The notes under the pieces are model-generated. The model was not told where the DNA came from, did not search any database, and saw only the letters and a list, made by a program, of their open reading frames with translations. This document shows, piece after piece, positions 30,566-45,516 of a stretch of DNA of 64,000 nucleotides (its first letter is position 1; every line of letters starts with the position of its first letter). Position numbers and translations under genes: made by a program. This DNA is from Bigelowiella natans CCMP2755 (Eukaryota; Protista; Cercozoa): positions 62,001 to 126,000 of the forward strand of contig ADNK01001668.1 in the NCBI GenBank assembly GCA_000320545.1, in the 5' to 3' direction.

Positions 30566-31460
30566 GGTTTTCCATCCTGCGACAATCTGGCAATCGTGCA
30601 CTTGTGTGACCTGACAAAGCACCTTTGGCAAATGCTTGGTTCGTTCGTTCACTCGTTCACGATGCACAGTGCATTGCTGGATTGACACATGCCCACACAT
30701 CTGATGATCCTTTCAACTGCACCATTGAATGGCACTTCGTTCATTCATCGTGCGTGCTGGCATGCAAGAATTCGTTTTCAATTGAGTTTTGTTCGTGCCG
30801 ATTCGATCAGCACGCCGCACGCTGGCTTGCAAGTGCTGGAGTGTGCTGGCGTGGTGTGCAAGCACGATTCGCCAAGCCAGTCGATCCAGCACGTCTCTGC
30901 ACCCACAGCACCACCTGTGCGCTGGACTGAGACAGTTCATTGTGCTCAAAAGTGAGAGACGACAGCTAGACAGGTTGATGGTGGCTGCATTCTGGCATGC
31001 CAGCATGCATGCCAGCATGGCCTTCTCCAGCACGTTCTGTGAACATCGCTAGCGAGCTAGGTCGCGATTGAGCGACATGCGCATGCTCACTGCTTGCTGG
31101 ATTGGCTGGTTCGTTTGAAGACCGACCCACTCTAGCACTCTGGCACTTAGCACTGTTCAATGCCCAGAATGATGCGCACGCGTTTGTGCCATGCAATTGT
31201 TGAGTGCTAGATCCATGGAAAGCACATCGCATGCAATGTCTAGATCTAGAGATGTCAGTCAGAGCTAGAGAGATGTCCAGCTCTAGAGCTAATTCTAGAA
31301 ATGTGTGGTAGTGCATGTTTAGGCATGCGCATTGCGGGATTACGGGCACCACGTTGCGCACGCACAATCACAAGCATGCCAGCATGGCTGGATGGACTTG
31401 TTTGGCCAATGATGTGGGTCACTGTTGCCGCAAATTTGAAAAAAATGAAGTTGTGCATGC
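30566..31460. other. TpA-depleted island with dense CTAG survivors
   Basis: e.g. 31238-31299 TCTAGATCTAGAG..GCTAGAG..CTCTAGAGCTAATTCTAGA, where nearly all TpA is in CTAG. Confidence 0.75.
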
Positions 31461-31618
31461 CGTCAAGCCGGTTACATACATTGTGAGAAATCGACACAAC
31501 ATGATGCCATGAATTCAATTCTTGTTCGAAATTTAACTTAGACCCTACCGCATCTAACACAGTTTTGACGGCGACAATTGATCGGTGATAAAATATGTTT
31601 GTAGTTATTGTGTGGTCA

Positions 31619-32297
31619 TCATGGAAGAACTCCGGCAAGCTCCCCATCAGCCAAAATATCGCTTCCGTAGAAGTCATCCATATCATTCTCATCACTATCC
31701 ATACCAACCAAACTTGGATGCTTGTAAGGCAATCCTTTCCTCTCCGCAAGTTCCTAATAAAGTAAAGAAGTTAAAACATCCCTTCGAGTGGAAATAATAT
31801 AAAAGTCGAAGCAGAAAGCAGCAGGAGAAGAGCGACCTGTCTCTCTAAAACAAATCAACATATATAGCGTCTTTTCCTTCTCGCAGTGTAGTGAGAAGTT
31901 ACACTTTTGAATCATTATGTATTCCCCCCTTTTAGAAGCAAGCTGTTACTGTTGTCACCACCTTCCGATAAAGTTCTTCCTCCTCCTTCTGCTCGAGGAT
32001 GTGGTCGCGCCAATCGCCTCCAAACATAGGCTCTGGCTTCTCTGGTGGCCAAACGTCTTTCTCACCCTCAAGAGGCAGTCCGCAGTACAATAGAGGGTCA
32101 TATCCTACAACCCCACCAAATAGTATAGCATCCGTTTTCGAGTTGTTATTAGCATAATTATGGGGGGATCCAAGGATGGTGGTTTTTCTTGATTACCTCG
32201 GTCAAATTCTAGCTCTTCGGCGTTTTTACGGAAGCACTTTCTGCAGATCGAAAGATACCTGAGGAGGATTCGTATGAGTAAGAAGAGGTCAAACAAA

Positions 32298-32335
<38 letters not shown>

Positions 32336-32830
32336 ATGGTTCATGTCTTTCTGTCAGAGACCGTTCCATAGTATATTTCAAAATAACTCAACGACACGTG
32401 TACACACGCAAAAGAACTCACCATTTTCTGATGACGTCCTCTTTTGTCCCGCATCTATTGTTGTCGTGCAAACATAATGAGAAAGGACAAACAACAATAT
32501 ACAAATACGAATAGATTCTCATATGTAATAATAAACCCTTCTTGTAATTCTCATATGTAATAATAAATCCTTCTTGTACGTATTTCTCTCTCTTTCCCTC
32601 CCCTCCCTCCTCCTCCTCTTCTTCTCAAATTGCTTACTGTGTGCAATTGTAGTTGGACCAATCGAAGTCTTTTTCCTCTTCTCCACTCCCCCCTTGAGCT
32701 CCATCCCCCCCTTGAGTGGCATTCTTCTTGGCATCGCTCTTATAAACTTTACTGCCTCCTTTCCCTTTGGAAATCCTTTCTCTATATAATTTGTAATCTG
32801 GAATACCTATCATCGTTTTTGAAGATAATA
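31619..32830 (-). CDS. 3' exons of a protein containing a ribosomal S29/uS14-like C4 zinc finger followed by an acidic tail
   Basis: Phase-consistent GT-AG splicing gives NCTQCGTKEDVIRKWYLSICRKCFRKNAEELEFDRGYDP..LAGVLP*; resembles the RPS29 pattern C-x2-C..IRKYGL.ICRQCFR..A..IGF. Confidence 0.6.
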
Positions 32831-32949
32831 GCAGCATTACCACCATCATTTCCACAGATAACCCACAACACCGACAACAACAACAACAACAACAACAACA
32901 AGAAGGAGAAAGAATCACGGATGGATTTCGTAAATACAATGAAAGGACT

Positions 32950-33101
32950 GCACACGCGTTAATTATCAAAGCAGCTTCTGAATAAATTCTCCTCTTCCTC
33001 CTCCTCCTCATCATCATCATATCAGATTGATCAAACTGCTTACTGATGGGTTCTCTCCAAAAATCTCGACTGGACTCTCGCCTGATAATCTTCGCATCTG
33101 C

Positions 33102-33135
<34 letters not shown>

Positions 33136-34120
33136 CAGTAATTACTGCGATATCGTATTGGAAATTGAAGCATTGCGTGCGCGGATGTAGTGCCAAGATG
33201 AGATACTAGGTTGGGATGCGTTTGCAAATCATCATCATCATCATCGTCATCGTCACCATCATGCGTTGGTGGACTGTATCAATCGCTACTAGTACCTGAG
33301 CCTTGGGCGTTTTGTAATGTTTCATTTATCTGGACCTATTTACGAAGAGAACAATAGCTGTTATCACAAGTGTATTACGTTTTAAACTACACGCTGCCCC
33401 TCCCCTCTCCCTCTTACTTTCCGCACGCTGCTCTTATACTATCGTATCCAGTGTTGTTACACATATTGCTACTATCTCATACATATGATTCGGGTCCATA
33501 GAATCCGGTAGTTCTGTAGTCGTTGTAGATCAAATCTGATGAAAGATGATGCATGTACACAATGCGGCTGTGAGGAAGATTTCTAATAAGGTACGTTAAG
33601 GCTTCAAACAAACGCACAGAGATGTATCTTACTTACTGTTATTCTTTGAGAACAGAAGTAGTGGGGATAGTAGAAATAGTAGGTGTAATAATAGCATTTT
33701 GTGATGACCTTCTGTTTCGCTTCCTGCATCGATTTTGGGCTAATTCCGTCCAGTAACACATACACAGACATACACACGTATTCGAGGACCATAATTTAAC
33801 ATTTCTATAGTAAATAGGAATGTGTGTGGTGAAGGATTATTTGTTCAGTTTGTACAGTACACGCTAACCACAACCTCTCCCTTCTTCAATCGCATGCTTT
33901 TTGCAGCTCCATAGCGCTCTCGAATAGGGACTACGAGTCAATGTGAATATCAATAAATTGGCGGTTATTTGTAGCTTCATTCTGACTCAAAGTGAGATTC
34001 AAAATATGTCCTGTATTATATATTAGTGTTATAGTAGTAGTCTACCACTACCACTGCCACACCATCAACGGTTATCAACCAAACCATCCTATATCTATAT
34101 TCCCAATGATCAACATTCCC

Positions 34121-34154
<34 letters not shown>

Positions 34155-34161
34155 GTCATCG

Positions 34162-34196
<35 letters not shown>

Positions 34197-34879
34197 GTCA
34201 TCGTCATCATCATCATCATCATCAACATGATTGGATTAGCATGCTGATGCTCGTGAGTCCTCTATGTTGTTTCTATTCATACTGTAAGGGTCCATGGCCA
34301 ACTCCTTCTGCCGTATCATCATCGCCTTCAACTTCTTCCTCATTTCCTCCGTTGTTCCGTTTGATGTTAACGAAGAAGCATTTGGTGGAAAGGCAATGAT
34401 GTCATTGATGGTGGTGGTGGTGGTGGGTGGAATCCTGCTGGTGAATTGTTTGGCCATGCTAAGGTCTGTATGCCGTAGTAGTGGTAGTAGTAGTAAAGCT
34501 CAGATGGGTTTGGAAGTCATGACGATGACGACGATGATGATCATAATTGTGGTGTGTATAATGCTATATTAGCTTCATTTTATTGATCCTCCTCCTCCTC
34601 TTCCTCCTAACCACGCGAGTGCGGTTGCTAATCATAGGCAGCACAAACAACAGCAAATACCTGACATCTTCAACGTAGCGGTAGCATTATCACGATCGTC
34701 ATCCCACACACCATCGTTCTCATTCCCCTCCAAAGCGTCTAATGCCATCTGGAATATAAAAGCATACCACAAGAGGCACCTTTTATCAAATTATCTTGGC
34801 AGCCAAACACTGAATGTAGCTTTCGTATCGTCAGCATAGGGGTGGTGGATGGATGGTGATGACAGCAATATCATCATCA

Positions 34880-34912
<33 letters not shown>

Positions 34913-37900
34913 TTTCTACAATATTGAAGAGCCGAAGAACAGAATGATATTCTAAGAAAGTCCTTTAGGTGTTGGTTATGGAGGATGTAATACCTCATCT
35001 TTTCTCTTGAAATCATCCCTCAGAAACATATTTCTCCTGTTGATCAATATTATCATCAATGCCACTACTACTGCTACTGATACAAGATTTACTACCATAA
35101 ATACCATCTGCATCACTAGCATTTGGAACCACTTTATCGCCTCTATCAGCTATGATCTTCTATGTTGCGCTTATCGTTTAAAAATCTAATTACGTCTCCA
35201 CAGCGTCGTCATCTTGTCCAGCCAATGCGTCAGCTACCCCCTCCTCATCTGTGGTAGGCACAACAACGAACAAGTGAGGTAAGGACCATAGCGAATACAC
35301 GCTTGATGTAATAGTATTTTAGCCTGTAAATCTGTAATGAAACACGTAATAGTAATAGGAATAGTATCAATCAACATACAAAGTAACATCGCTAATGATA
35401 GGCATCATCTACCCACCTTCTCCTGCCTTCTTCGTAGAGTGTGGTGACGTTGCTGCAGGACGAGAATAAGAGGCCATGTGTTATCAACTATTGTACTCTG
35501 CATTATTATTATTTTGATTCTAATGATAGCTGTCAATGTCCTTACAAACTATTACCCATAATATAGACCACCCCATCACCATAATGTGCTATTTCTGCGT
35601 GTGCGTGTGTGTATGTGTGTGTGCGTGTGTGTATGTGTGTGTGTGTGTGTGTGTGTGCGTGTGTATTCAAACCATTTCTCCACGACGATCCAATCTGAAG
35701 TAATTCATCCTAGCGACAGCAAACACCAAACAGTTATACAAAGATGGTGCTGCATCACTATGATGATGATGATGATATCGTTGATAAGAATGATAACACC
35801 GATGATGATAGATAGATGATGATGGTGGTTATGATGATGATGCCAACGAACGACGGTCAGGAAGGTCACGTAGTGCATGTAGTAAGGTACCTCAGGGTTT
35901 TGAAAGTCATCATGAGACTCTTCCTCAGCTTCTATTTGATTATAATTCGAATAGTAGTAGTAGTAGTAGTAGTAGTAGCAATATCACAAATTCAATGCTG
36001 TATCATCATCTCTTCGTTACAATGCCCTTTATAAAACAACATATAAGGTGTATGCTGTAACTGTGCTGCTTACTGCTCTATACTGCACCAATTCTACCCA
36101 AATATTGATTTCTTATCATCAAGTCCTACAATATTTGCATCGTCGTTATCATCATCTTGGAACCCATTATTATAACTGTCATCGTGCATCTGCCCTTTCC
36201 TCTTCTCACAGTAGTCGCAATAAGTACTGTTAGCTCTACTACACCTTTATTATCCTTCTGAATCCCTTTGAGCTCTCCCATTAGATATTGTTTGCTTAGT
36301 TCCTGCAACTGTTCCTCAGGCATTCGCTCTAGAATCTAAATATGGTATTGAAGGAATACAGGGAGGAGGAGGAGGAGGAGGAGGAGAACCCGAAGAAAGA
36401 TGACAAAAAAGAAAAACTCGAAGATATTCGGCTAGGCCATCGTTTGTACCCTTTTTGGTTTGTACTACGTGAAACAAACCCATTCTCATCGCACAACTTA
36501 GAGACGAATTCTACTACTACCACTACTAGTATTGCTACTAATACGAATACTACTACTACTGCTGCTGCTGCTGATGCTGCTACCACCACTACCACGTGCT
36601 GCAATCATCACTAGGATGATGTAAGAAGAGTGTGAGTACCTTGTCCAGCTCTGCATTGGACATGCCAGATGTTGGCATATTACTATCTCCGTATCCGTCG
36701 TTGCCATCATCACCATCGTCTAACGTATCATTATCATTAACATCATCATCATCATTATTACTCTCGTCATCGTTATTATCATCAACACTTATTGAGTATA
36801 CATCGATGACTACTCTGGCTGGCAACGATGATGGTCACGACGAATGGTGAAAAGGAGGATGGATGATGAAATAACCAACCTCTGTCACGTGCAGCCTCCC
36901 CATTCTCCATAAGTGTATCGTATTCCTCTCGCGTATACGTGGGAAGATTATCTACCAGCATCTTCAAAGAAAGATGATGGTTCAAAATTGTAGTAGAATC
37001 GAGGTATTAGTTGTGTTAGAAAGCGAAGATAATAACGAGAGACCTACAGATAGAGTGATATATCCTATTATGTTGGGCTATAATGTCAATCTTTCCTGTG
37101 TTATGTCCTAATATGTTGGGCTATAATGTCAATCTTTCCTGTGTTATATCCTAATATGTTGGGCTATAATGTCAATCTTTCCTGTGTTATATCCTAATAT
37201 GTTGGGCTATAATGTCAATCTTTCCTGTGTTATATCCTAATATGTTGGGCTATAATGTCAATCTTTCCTGTGTTTTCTGTCGCATTTTATTTTTGCTTTT
37301 GGTAGTATTTTGCTGCAACGTTGCTACCACTTCATGCCCCCCCCCTTCCTTTTCGCCGTCGTCGTCAGCCAAAACCGGCTTGTCCCCTAATAATGTTGGA
37401 AAACGATGAGGAAGAAACAATTACATCGCGGATGGGGAGCAATCGACGCTATTGACGGCAAACAATACATATCCAAATGTGTATGGGGTGGATGAGTAAT
37501 ATCTTCTTCTTCTTTCTTCTTCTAACTGATATGCACACGATGGAGTGCTTTCACCCTGCTGCTGCTTCTGCTGATTTGGTTCCGTAGCCTCTTCAAGCTG
37601 TCGCATATCGTCGTCCTCTATAATTTGATGATCCTCCACCTGCAAACAAGGATTACAGTAGTAGTAGTAGGAGTAGTAGTAGTAGTAGACGATTGGATCG
37701 ATGGTGAGATTGTGTACTGCGCTTGACAGCATCAAGGGAGCTCATGGCATCCTCAGCAAGAATACAGTTTGAGGAGATGTTGAAGGATAACTGATGCTTC
37801 GAGACTCTCGTGAAGCATTATGCGGTCATGCTACTGAATACTACCGTGAATCCATGCTTTCTAAATAACTGGCGCCTTCTCTCTTGCTCCGTTTTATATT

Positions 37901-37999
37901 CATCCACCTATCATGAATAATGAGATGGGTTGGTGTGACGACCGTCGTTTAGATGCCTTGTAGATACCCAAGTGTGTGTCCTCATACATTACATATAAA

Positions 38000-38055
<56 letters not shown>

Positions 38056-38710
38056 GAGGTGCCAGCATGGCGTTCGGCAGTACTGCTATGTTGTTGTTAC
38101 TAGTAGCATTACTACCTCTGCGTTAAGTTTAACATTCTCTGGGTCTTCTACGTACTGAACATCATCCTCCTGGGCCTGTGGATAAGAAGGTATGGAGGAG
38201 ATACAATGTTCAAGTGATTAACATCGTTGCATTTGATAAGCATTGATATGTTATACGGTGTTGACGGTGTTAGTTAATATTACCGCTTTCTGCGCCTCTT
38301 CATACCACCCTTCTCTCCCAAACACGTTCTCTAAGTCACCACCACCACCTCCTCCACCATCATCGTCGCCACCATCATCGTCTCCTCCACGTAGGCGAAA
38401 TAAGCTTCCGCATTTACGATGCTGTTGAAGTTCCATTCTATTGCATGTATTATCACAATTCATAAGCGACAGCAGATCGAACTACAAAGCAGCGGATGCA
38501 TAGGTAAAGCATGTTATTACCCTCTACGATAAAGCCTTGAGATGAGTTGATGGCAGCTTGACGAAGAATGGCGCAACGACTGTGGCGCAGTTATTTGTTT
38601 GGAGAGGAGTGATGAGGATGGCATGACGGCGTTTAGGAACGAGAAGATGAATACGGTTGCCCATAACAAGCCCTGATGTAAAAAAAAGGGGGTTTTGAAA
38701 TTACTCATCA
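32950..38710 (-). CDS. Scattered exons of one or more hypothetical genes; N-terminal hydrophobic leader and RLRGG motif; may be upstream of the S29-like domain
   Basis: LLWATVFIFSFLNA (38630-38680), SLFRLRGGDDDGGDDD (38360-38410), acidic exons at 36610-36830 and 37520-37640. Confidence 0.35.
37059..37273. repeat. 43-bp minisatellite, about 5 copies
   Basis: Unit TATCCTAATATGTTGGGCTATAATGTCAATCTTTCCTGTGTTA; GGG anchor at 37075, 37118, 37161, 37204, 37247. Confidence 0.95.
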
Positions 38711-39707
38711 GAACACGCCATCTTCGCACACCAATTTCTAAAATGTAGCTACTACCCTCCGCCTCATTCCTGCGCCGTTATCATTTATGACAGTTGAACG
38801 AATCATTCAAGCAGCTCGCGAATCATGAATTCAGGGCGCCATGCCCATGAAAGGAGATTGGCTTCGCAGGTGTCGTAATGTATGTTGTTGTTCTGTTGTT
38901 GCGATTATTTTCATATATATTTTAGAAGTTTCTACGATTATTGAACCATATTTTTCTAGACGGATTAACTAAACACAAGTCAAAATAAAAAAGGAAGTTT
39001 CTAGGATATAAATTACTACAATTATTACACAAGAATTTACCAACAACACAGCCAACAAATCTGCCATTGTTGTACTGAAACACGATTAGATCAAGTTGCG
39101 ACCAGCTCGGGCAAAACTTGAATAAGAAGAAATGGGATGGTTTTTATGGGTGCGACAACCGAAAGAACTGCGATAAATGAAATACAAATCACATATATGC
39201 CTTCACCTAAACAACGCCAACAAAAACACAACAGCTGAGGAGGCGGAGGGGGAGGCAGTTGCCAACTTGAACAACTGAAAGAGCAGTATCGTCGTCACCT
39301 CGAGGCGGGGAGTAGATACACATCGTGCAGAAATTACACCGTCGCCTCCGTATATTTTTGTTGGCCTTGCTGCTCTATTCTGTGGCAATTCGTCTTTCCG
39401 TATGGATACGGTAAGGGATCGATTGACTCGATTGACCTCATATTTCTCTTCAAATGATCAAAAACTACCAGTTCTTTAATCAATTTTCTGTGCATTGTTG
39501 AGAATATGCACCTTTGTAGCTCCAAAGACTCATCACCATGCTATAGCAACAATGGGAAAGAGGAAAGTAAGATCGTAGTAAGTAGTAATTGGGACCTTGC
39601 CTTATATGCATATAAGCATATGTGTTCCGTATTGTTATGAAAAATATGTTCGTTATCATACATATGTGCTCTCATCCCTCTTCTTTCTACTAGTTCTTCG
39701 AATCGTT

Positions 39708-39800
39708 ATGCCTCGCGACTTTTCTGCCAGTTTCAAGAAGGACGCAAGCCCTGAGATGTACATTACGTAGTACTAGCTTTTGCATATATGCGTGCAAGCA

Positions 39801-39861
<61 letters not shown>

Positions 39862-40690
39862 GATGTGGAATATTTTCTCTTCTTTTTTCTTCTAACGTCA
39901 CTCAGAAAGCAGACAGAGCAAATGGTGGCCTACAGGAGGTTCGGTCTTGGTGAAGAAAGCTCAGAAATACCAGCAGAATCTGAGGACCTTCATGTATTCA
40001 ACGATGCTATTGTTTCCAGAATATCTCTTGAGAAAAGGTGGTATTTACGACAACGATGACGACGACAAGGATATATGGCATGGTTTTCTCACACTTAAGC
40101 GTACGCACTTAAAGCACTAGTGGTGTAAGAATATTCTTCAACAAATGAGCGTATAGTGGTAGAAATTGTGGCACTATCTGACATTTAAAATGTCTTATTT
40201 CTTCCTTTGTTAGTGGTTGTATCTGCATCTCGCTTCCGTTGATACTCCTGCTTTCGCTGTTTCAGGTTGACAAGATGGTACAAGATGCCGCATGATGATC
40301 TTGGCGGTTCCCCAAGGGATAAGGCGTTTGAGTATCGAGTTTTGCCCTCTAATTTGCAATCTTCATCACTTTATAACAAGACTGATGGCATGATGCAAGC
40401 GACGAGAACTCAAAATGAAGAAGATCATAGCAAGCCGCGTGTTATAAGATTTTCAAGGAGAAAACGGGTATGCAAGCAATTCATAATAAAAACACATCCT
40501 CATCGTCTAAGTTATCATATCGCTTATTGCTCGGTTTGGACCTGATGTTGTCAAGGCGTTGTGGCTGGATAAAGAGTATTGGAGACGGTTTGAGCGAAGG
40601 AGAGTGCCAAAGAAAATCATGACTCCTTCCGGTGAGGACAATGATGCACCGCCCTTGCATAATATGCTTGTTCAATTTCTGCACGAATGT

Positions 40691-40731
<41 letters not shown>

Positions 40732-42204
40732 TTTTTATCGTCGTTGTATCGTCGGCACTAATCAGGCAATGGCAGGGAGATTTTGATGCATAGAATGATA
40801 CCAAACGTGTTGATGGAATCTCCACACCCGGTTCCAACTACCACCATGCAGCTGGACTCCTCCTCCGCCCCAGCAAAGGCGAAACTGAGCTTAGAAGAAG
40901 AGAAGGAATTGAAGCTTCTTGAAGATGTAGCTCGACGAGCAGCGCCGTACCAAGGGTTATTCGAAAGGAGGAGGAGGAGGAGGAGGAAGAAGAAGAGTAG
41001 CTTCAGAGGTTTCCAGAGAAACAATAATATATTTTACTATGATAAGGCCACACGATGGAAAGAGGCAGCAGCTGCTGATGATGATACTAACAAATGCGAG
41101 CCATCATCGCGTTCCAGGCAATCAAATCCTCTGGAGGGCTACTGCTGGCAATACCAGTCCCTCGATGATATAGCAGCCTCATCATCATCATCATCATCAT
41201 CATCGATGGTTTCTCAGTATTATGTGACTGTGGAAGAGGATACGCACAATTGGTCGAGAGGTGGTGATGGTGCCGCTGCTGGTGGTGGTGCTACTGGTGT
41301 TTCTGCTGATGGGTTCAGAAGAAGAAGGGGAGGTGGAGGAAGAGATCACCGCAATGATGGTATTCCACTGCGTTCCTGGACCTGCTTTCCAGATGACATC
41401 AACGAAAAGTACTACTACGTGGCATTGCTACTGCTATATTTCTGCATCTGGCCTTGATGCCAATTGATTATTAGTGTACTTTAATTTCGATTTTTCTTTT
41501 TCTGTTTTGTTCCCGCTGCTGTGGTTGTTTGGCATCATGCTGCGCTGACTGTAACGGTTGATTATCATGTCCATGCGCATGAATACTGCTCAAGTCTCAA
41601 GTTTGATTATCACACCAGGCTGGAGGCAGCACGCAAGGCTGGAGTAAAACGAGTCATATTGCCGATAAAGAGCTATGATTACTACTGCTGCAAACCTATT
41701 CACGATCTTCCTCCTGTTTCCTATTCTTCGCCGTCCCAAAGAATGGGGCAAGATAAGCAAGCTCCTCTCGTCGATGATGGCTATCATATTCATGATGACA
41801 AATTCCAAAGTAGCAGGAACAAGGAGAAGGAAGCCTATACGAATACTGATGACCGTTTCGGATGCGATGATTGGAAAGACCTTGCCTGGCTTTTAGGAGA
41901 TCGAAGAAGGAGGAAGATCATGCCAGGTTTCCTTGCAAGCAACATAAACAACGACACTGCCTTCTATGATAATAGAAGCTGTCGTAATGGTAGCACCTCC
42001 AACACCAAATCCCAGCGACGTGTAGAAAGCGAAGAAGAGGAGTTGATGAGAAGGACTGCTGGTAGGAACGAAACAACACCGCCTCGGTATCGTCATATCA
42101 CCCAACGAGATATTATCGACTGTTCAAAGCTGCTAATCATCGAGGGAGGAGGCCAAGACGATTACAGCCAAGAAGATAGGGAGGAGAAAGAAGATATAGA
42201 GTCT

Positions 42205-42239
<35 letters not shown>

Positions 42240-42864
42240 TAAGGAATGCGCAGAAGGTTCTTCCGGTGTTCATGTAATCAATGGATCGAGCAGGGGAGTA
42301 GCTACGGGGAAGGGGGGGCAGCAGCAGCAGCAGCAGCAGTACAAAGTGTCATCTACTCCCTCTGCATCTAAGGCGAGAAGAAGGAGCAATCGTTGGTTTC
42401 GGTGGCTTCATACCAGCAGCGATCGATTTGATACGATGCGAAGGGAGGTTGAGCACATGCTTGCTAATGAAGAAGGCGAGGAGAAGGAGGCGAGTGAGAG
42501 GAGAAAGGAGAGGGAGATGTTGCTGGGGAGGATATTAGATAAAGAAAACAAAACGAGAGAAGGAGGGGGAATAGGCCGCGAATGGTTACGTGTACGGGTA
42601 GTCTTGGGATTTGATCTCAGTACAGAGAAGATCCAGTGCTTTAGAATAGTAACGAGAACAACTACCGCGTCGACGACGATGATGGGAAACAACAACGCCG
42701 ATTATCAACAGAGTAACAGGGAAGCCTGGCATCGTAACTCCATAGTCAAGTTAGAGAGCTATGCACAACGTATTCGCTCTGTTCCAACTAAACGGCGGGA
42801 CGATGCAACCATCCACGATCCATTCCTCAACGCAACCGCCATCTTCCCTCGACAAAGGTGCTGA
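39708..42864 (+). CDS. Hypothetical multi-exon low-complexity protein; may begin further upstream
   Basis: Same-strand ORFs 39865-40059, 40267-40545, 40783-41457 and 41521-42864 with AG/GT boundaries; no family recognised. Confidence 0.5.
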
Positions 42865-42888
42865 TCATGTGCTACAAATAGCAGCAGC

Positions 42889-42920
<32 letters not shown>

Positions 42921-43471
42921 TGGTAGCACATCCATACACTAACACCATTTATAATCGTTGAAAAGTATTTGTTTCATCACATCATCCTTACCATGGTGGT
43001 GTAGAATTTACTTTTTCCCTTTCAATTCCGAAGTTATTACTTTGGAACCCATCAACATCGTCGTGGCCATTGTAATGATAAAGATCACACCACTACATCT
43101 ACAGCTATCCTAGTCTCTGGTTTCGTCGCTTCGGTCGGTCGGAGAAGGAAGAAAAGCACTTATGGATGGGTAATATCATTAACGTGTTAGATGATGATGA
43201 TTATATCATCATCATCAAATTGTGTTAGCAGCTTTCATATAGACTGTCGTAGTGTTTGCTTCGTGTATGCCCTGTAGCATTAGAGGCTATATGTTTATAT
43301 ATATATGCAGTTGGAAGCGACAGATCATCATTAATACCTTGTTGCTCTGGCAGGTGTGAATGCTTTGTTGTTCGGTCATTGGGCAGTAGCGCTGAGGAAT
43401 TTTGACATTGTCGTATCAATTCACGATCCCTATAACATCAAGTATGGACGATACCCATGCAAACAGAGAGT

Positions 43472-43512
<41 letters not shown>

Positions 43513-43574
43513 ACACGTTGGAATGATAGTCTGCCTTACGACATTTCGTTATCATTGTTTTTGTGATTTACAGG

Positions 43575-43871
43575 TACAGATATTACAGGATGCTGGCAAT
43601 GCATCAGTGCTACATGCATGCTGATGTTATCCGAGAGGCTGGTGTGATCAATAACCATCATCATTACTACCCGTTATTAGTAGTGAAACCAACAAAAATG
43701 CTTTCATCACCATCATCATCAGCACCACCATATAATAAGCACTAATACCACTTCTCCCGTTGTTATTGATTACACAATTATCTGTCACCTGGTAGAAATG
43801 AGAACGAAACTTCCAACATAACAGAACGCAATCAGCATTTAATAATCATACTACTAGTATTTTGCGGCTGC

Positions 43872-43911
<40 letters not shown>

Positions 43912-45192
43912 CACATACTAGGAATTGCTAGGAGGCTGATCGACATGACACACATTGATGCGGATCCTTTAGCGAGTAGCCCCTATGCAATGAAGAACAT
44001 GGCTCCCCCTGGCCACAAGACATGGGAAGATTTCCACAAACGCTTTGAAAGACAACGACGCATGCTTATCCGTCGGTTAAGTCTTAACACTGGAGGAGGA
44101 GGAGGGGGAGGAGGCAGTAAGGGCGGGAAAGGGTCCGGAATCAAAAGAAAACTAGGTTCAACTGGAAGATCAAATGCGAAAACAGCTGTTGGAGATACGG
44201 AAATGATGCCGGTAGGTAAGAATAATGAGATGTTCCTTTATACTTATGATGAGCGTTGTGAGGAAGAACAGCAGCGGCAGCAGCAGCACGGACAACGAGG
44301 AGACTCTGCTTTCATCGACGACGCATTCAATGATCAAGGCAGGGAATGTGGAGGGGGGGTTGTATTTGATGAGAGCCTCCGCTTTGGACTTCAAGATACG
44401 TTCGCAGCAGCGGATGAACAGAGGGAGAAGGAGATGAAAAAGGAGACGTTCGCCATGCCACAGCTACCTCCACTCATGCGCTGGGAGAGTACTCATTGCC
44501 TGGAAGAGGAGCATAACAAGATTATTGAGGTGTTGAGACCTTATTTGCATATGATGACAGTGATATCTAGGAAACTACCCAAGGAGAAAAGAGAAATTGA
44601 ACAAAACCTTTGTATCAATGCAAGACATGTGTGTGTGCGCCACTCCGTCTCCTGATCTTTCTTTCTTTCCTGCATACTGTTAATGATATTGCAGGCTGGC
44701 ACGTTCATGCTACCCCTGGGCATCACTGGCCACGGCTTAAATAAGCGTATTCTCCAAATACCTACATCGACCGACGGCTTGCGAAAAGCATTTACAACTG
44801 CAAAATCCCAGAGGATTGTGGTACCGCTCCAGCGACGAAAATCCACTGCATTTCTGGGTGCTTCTCTCGATAATGACAATGACAACGAGGAAGAGGATGA
44901 AGAGGAAAATGATCGGTATGGTTTCAACAACAATCGGACGGCACAACTTGCAGCCAGGTCAGTATATGTAATACTTCGTGGATAAAGAGGTGGCGAGGGG
45001 GGTTATCATAATGAAGGCGGTAGGTGCTATTTGCAAATGATGTATGTTTCAATTTAGTTTGACCGAATATATAGCATAGTTATCCTTAAGAACCATAGGG
45101 TTGTTTGTTAGGATTAGAATTGCAATTTTGGTATCTACTGTTCGGCTACTACTACTATTACTACTAGTAGTAGTAGTAGTACTCCTACTCCA

Positions 45193-45224
<32 letters not shown>

Positions 45225-45436
45225 GTTTTCTTCTTCGCTGCTATTACTACTGCTGTCAATGTAGCTGCTAAAAATACATTGAACATCTGCAATAACAGGA
45301 AATTGCAGAAAGATATCTCGAAGAAGATAAAGGTATGAGGGGAACTTTCCTTGTCATTTCTTGTGAGAGGAATAGGAATGCGACATACTTAAATATTGGA
45401 GATAATTGCATGAGCGAGATACATATTGCACAAAAG

Positions 45437-45516
<80 letters not shown>

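Noticed and set aside
37059-37273. 43-bp repeats as a CRISPR array
   Set aside because: Units are head-to-tail with no unique spacers, no cas genes, eukaryotic context; a minisatellite
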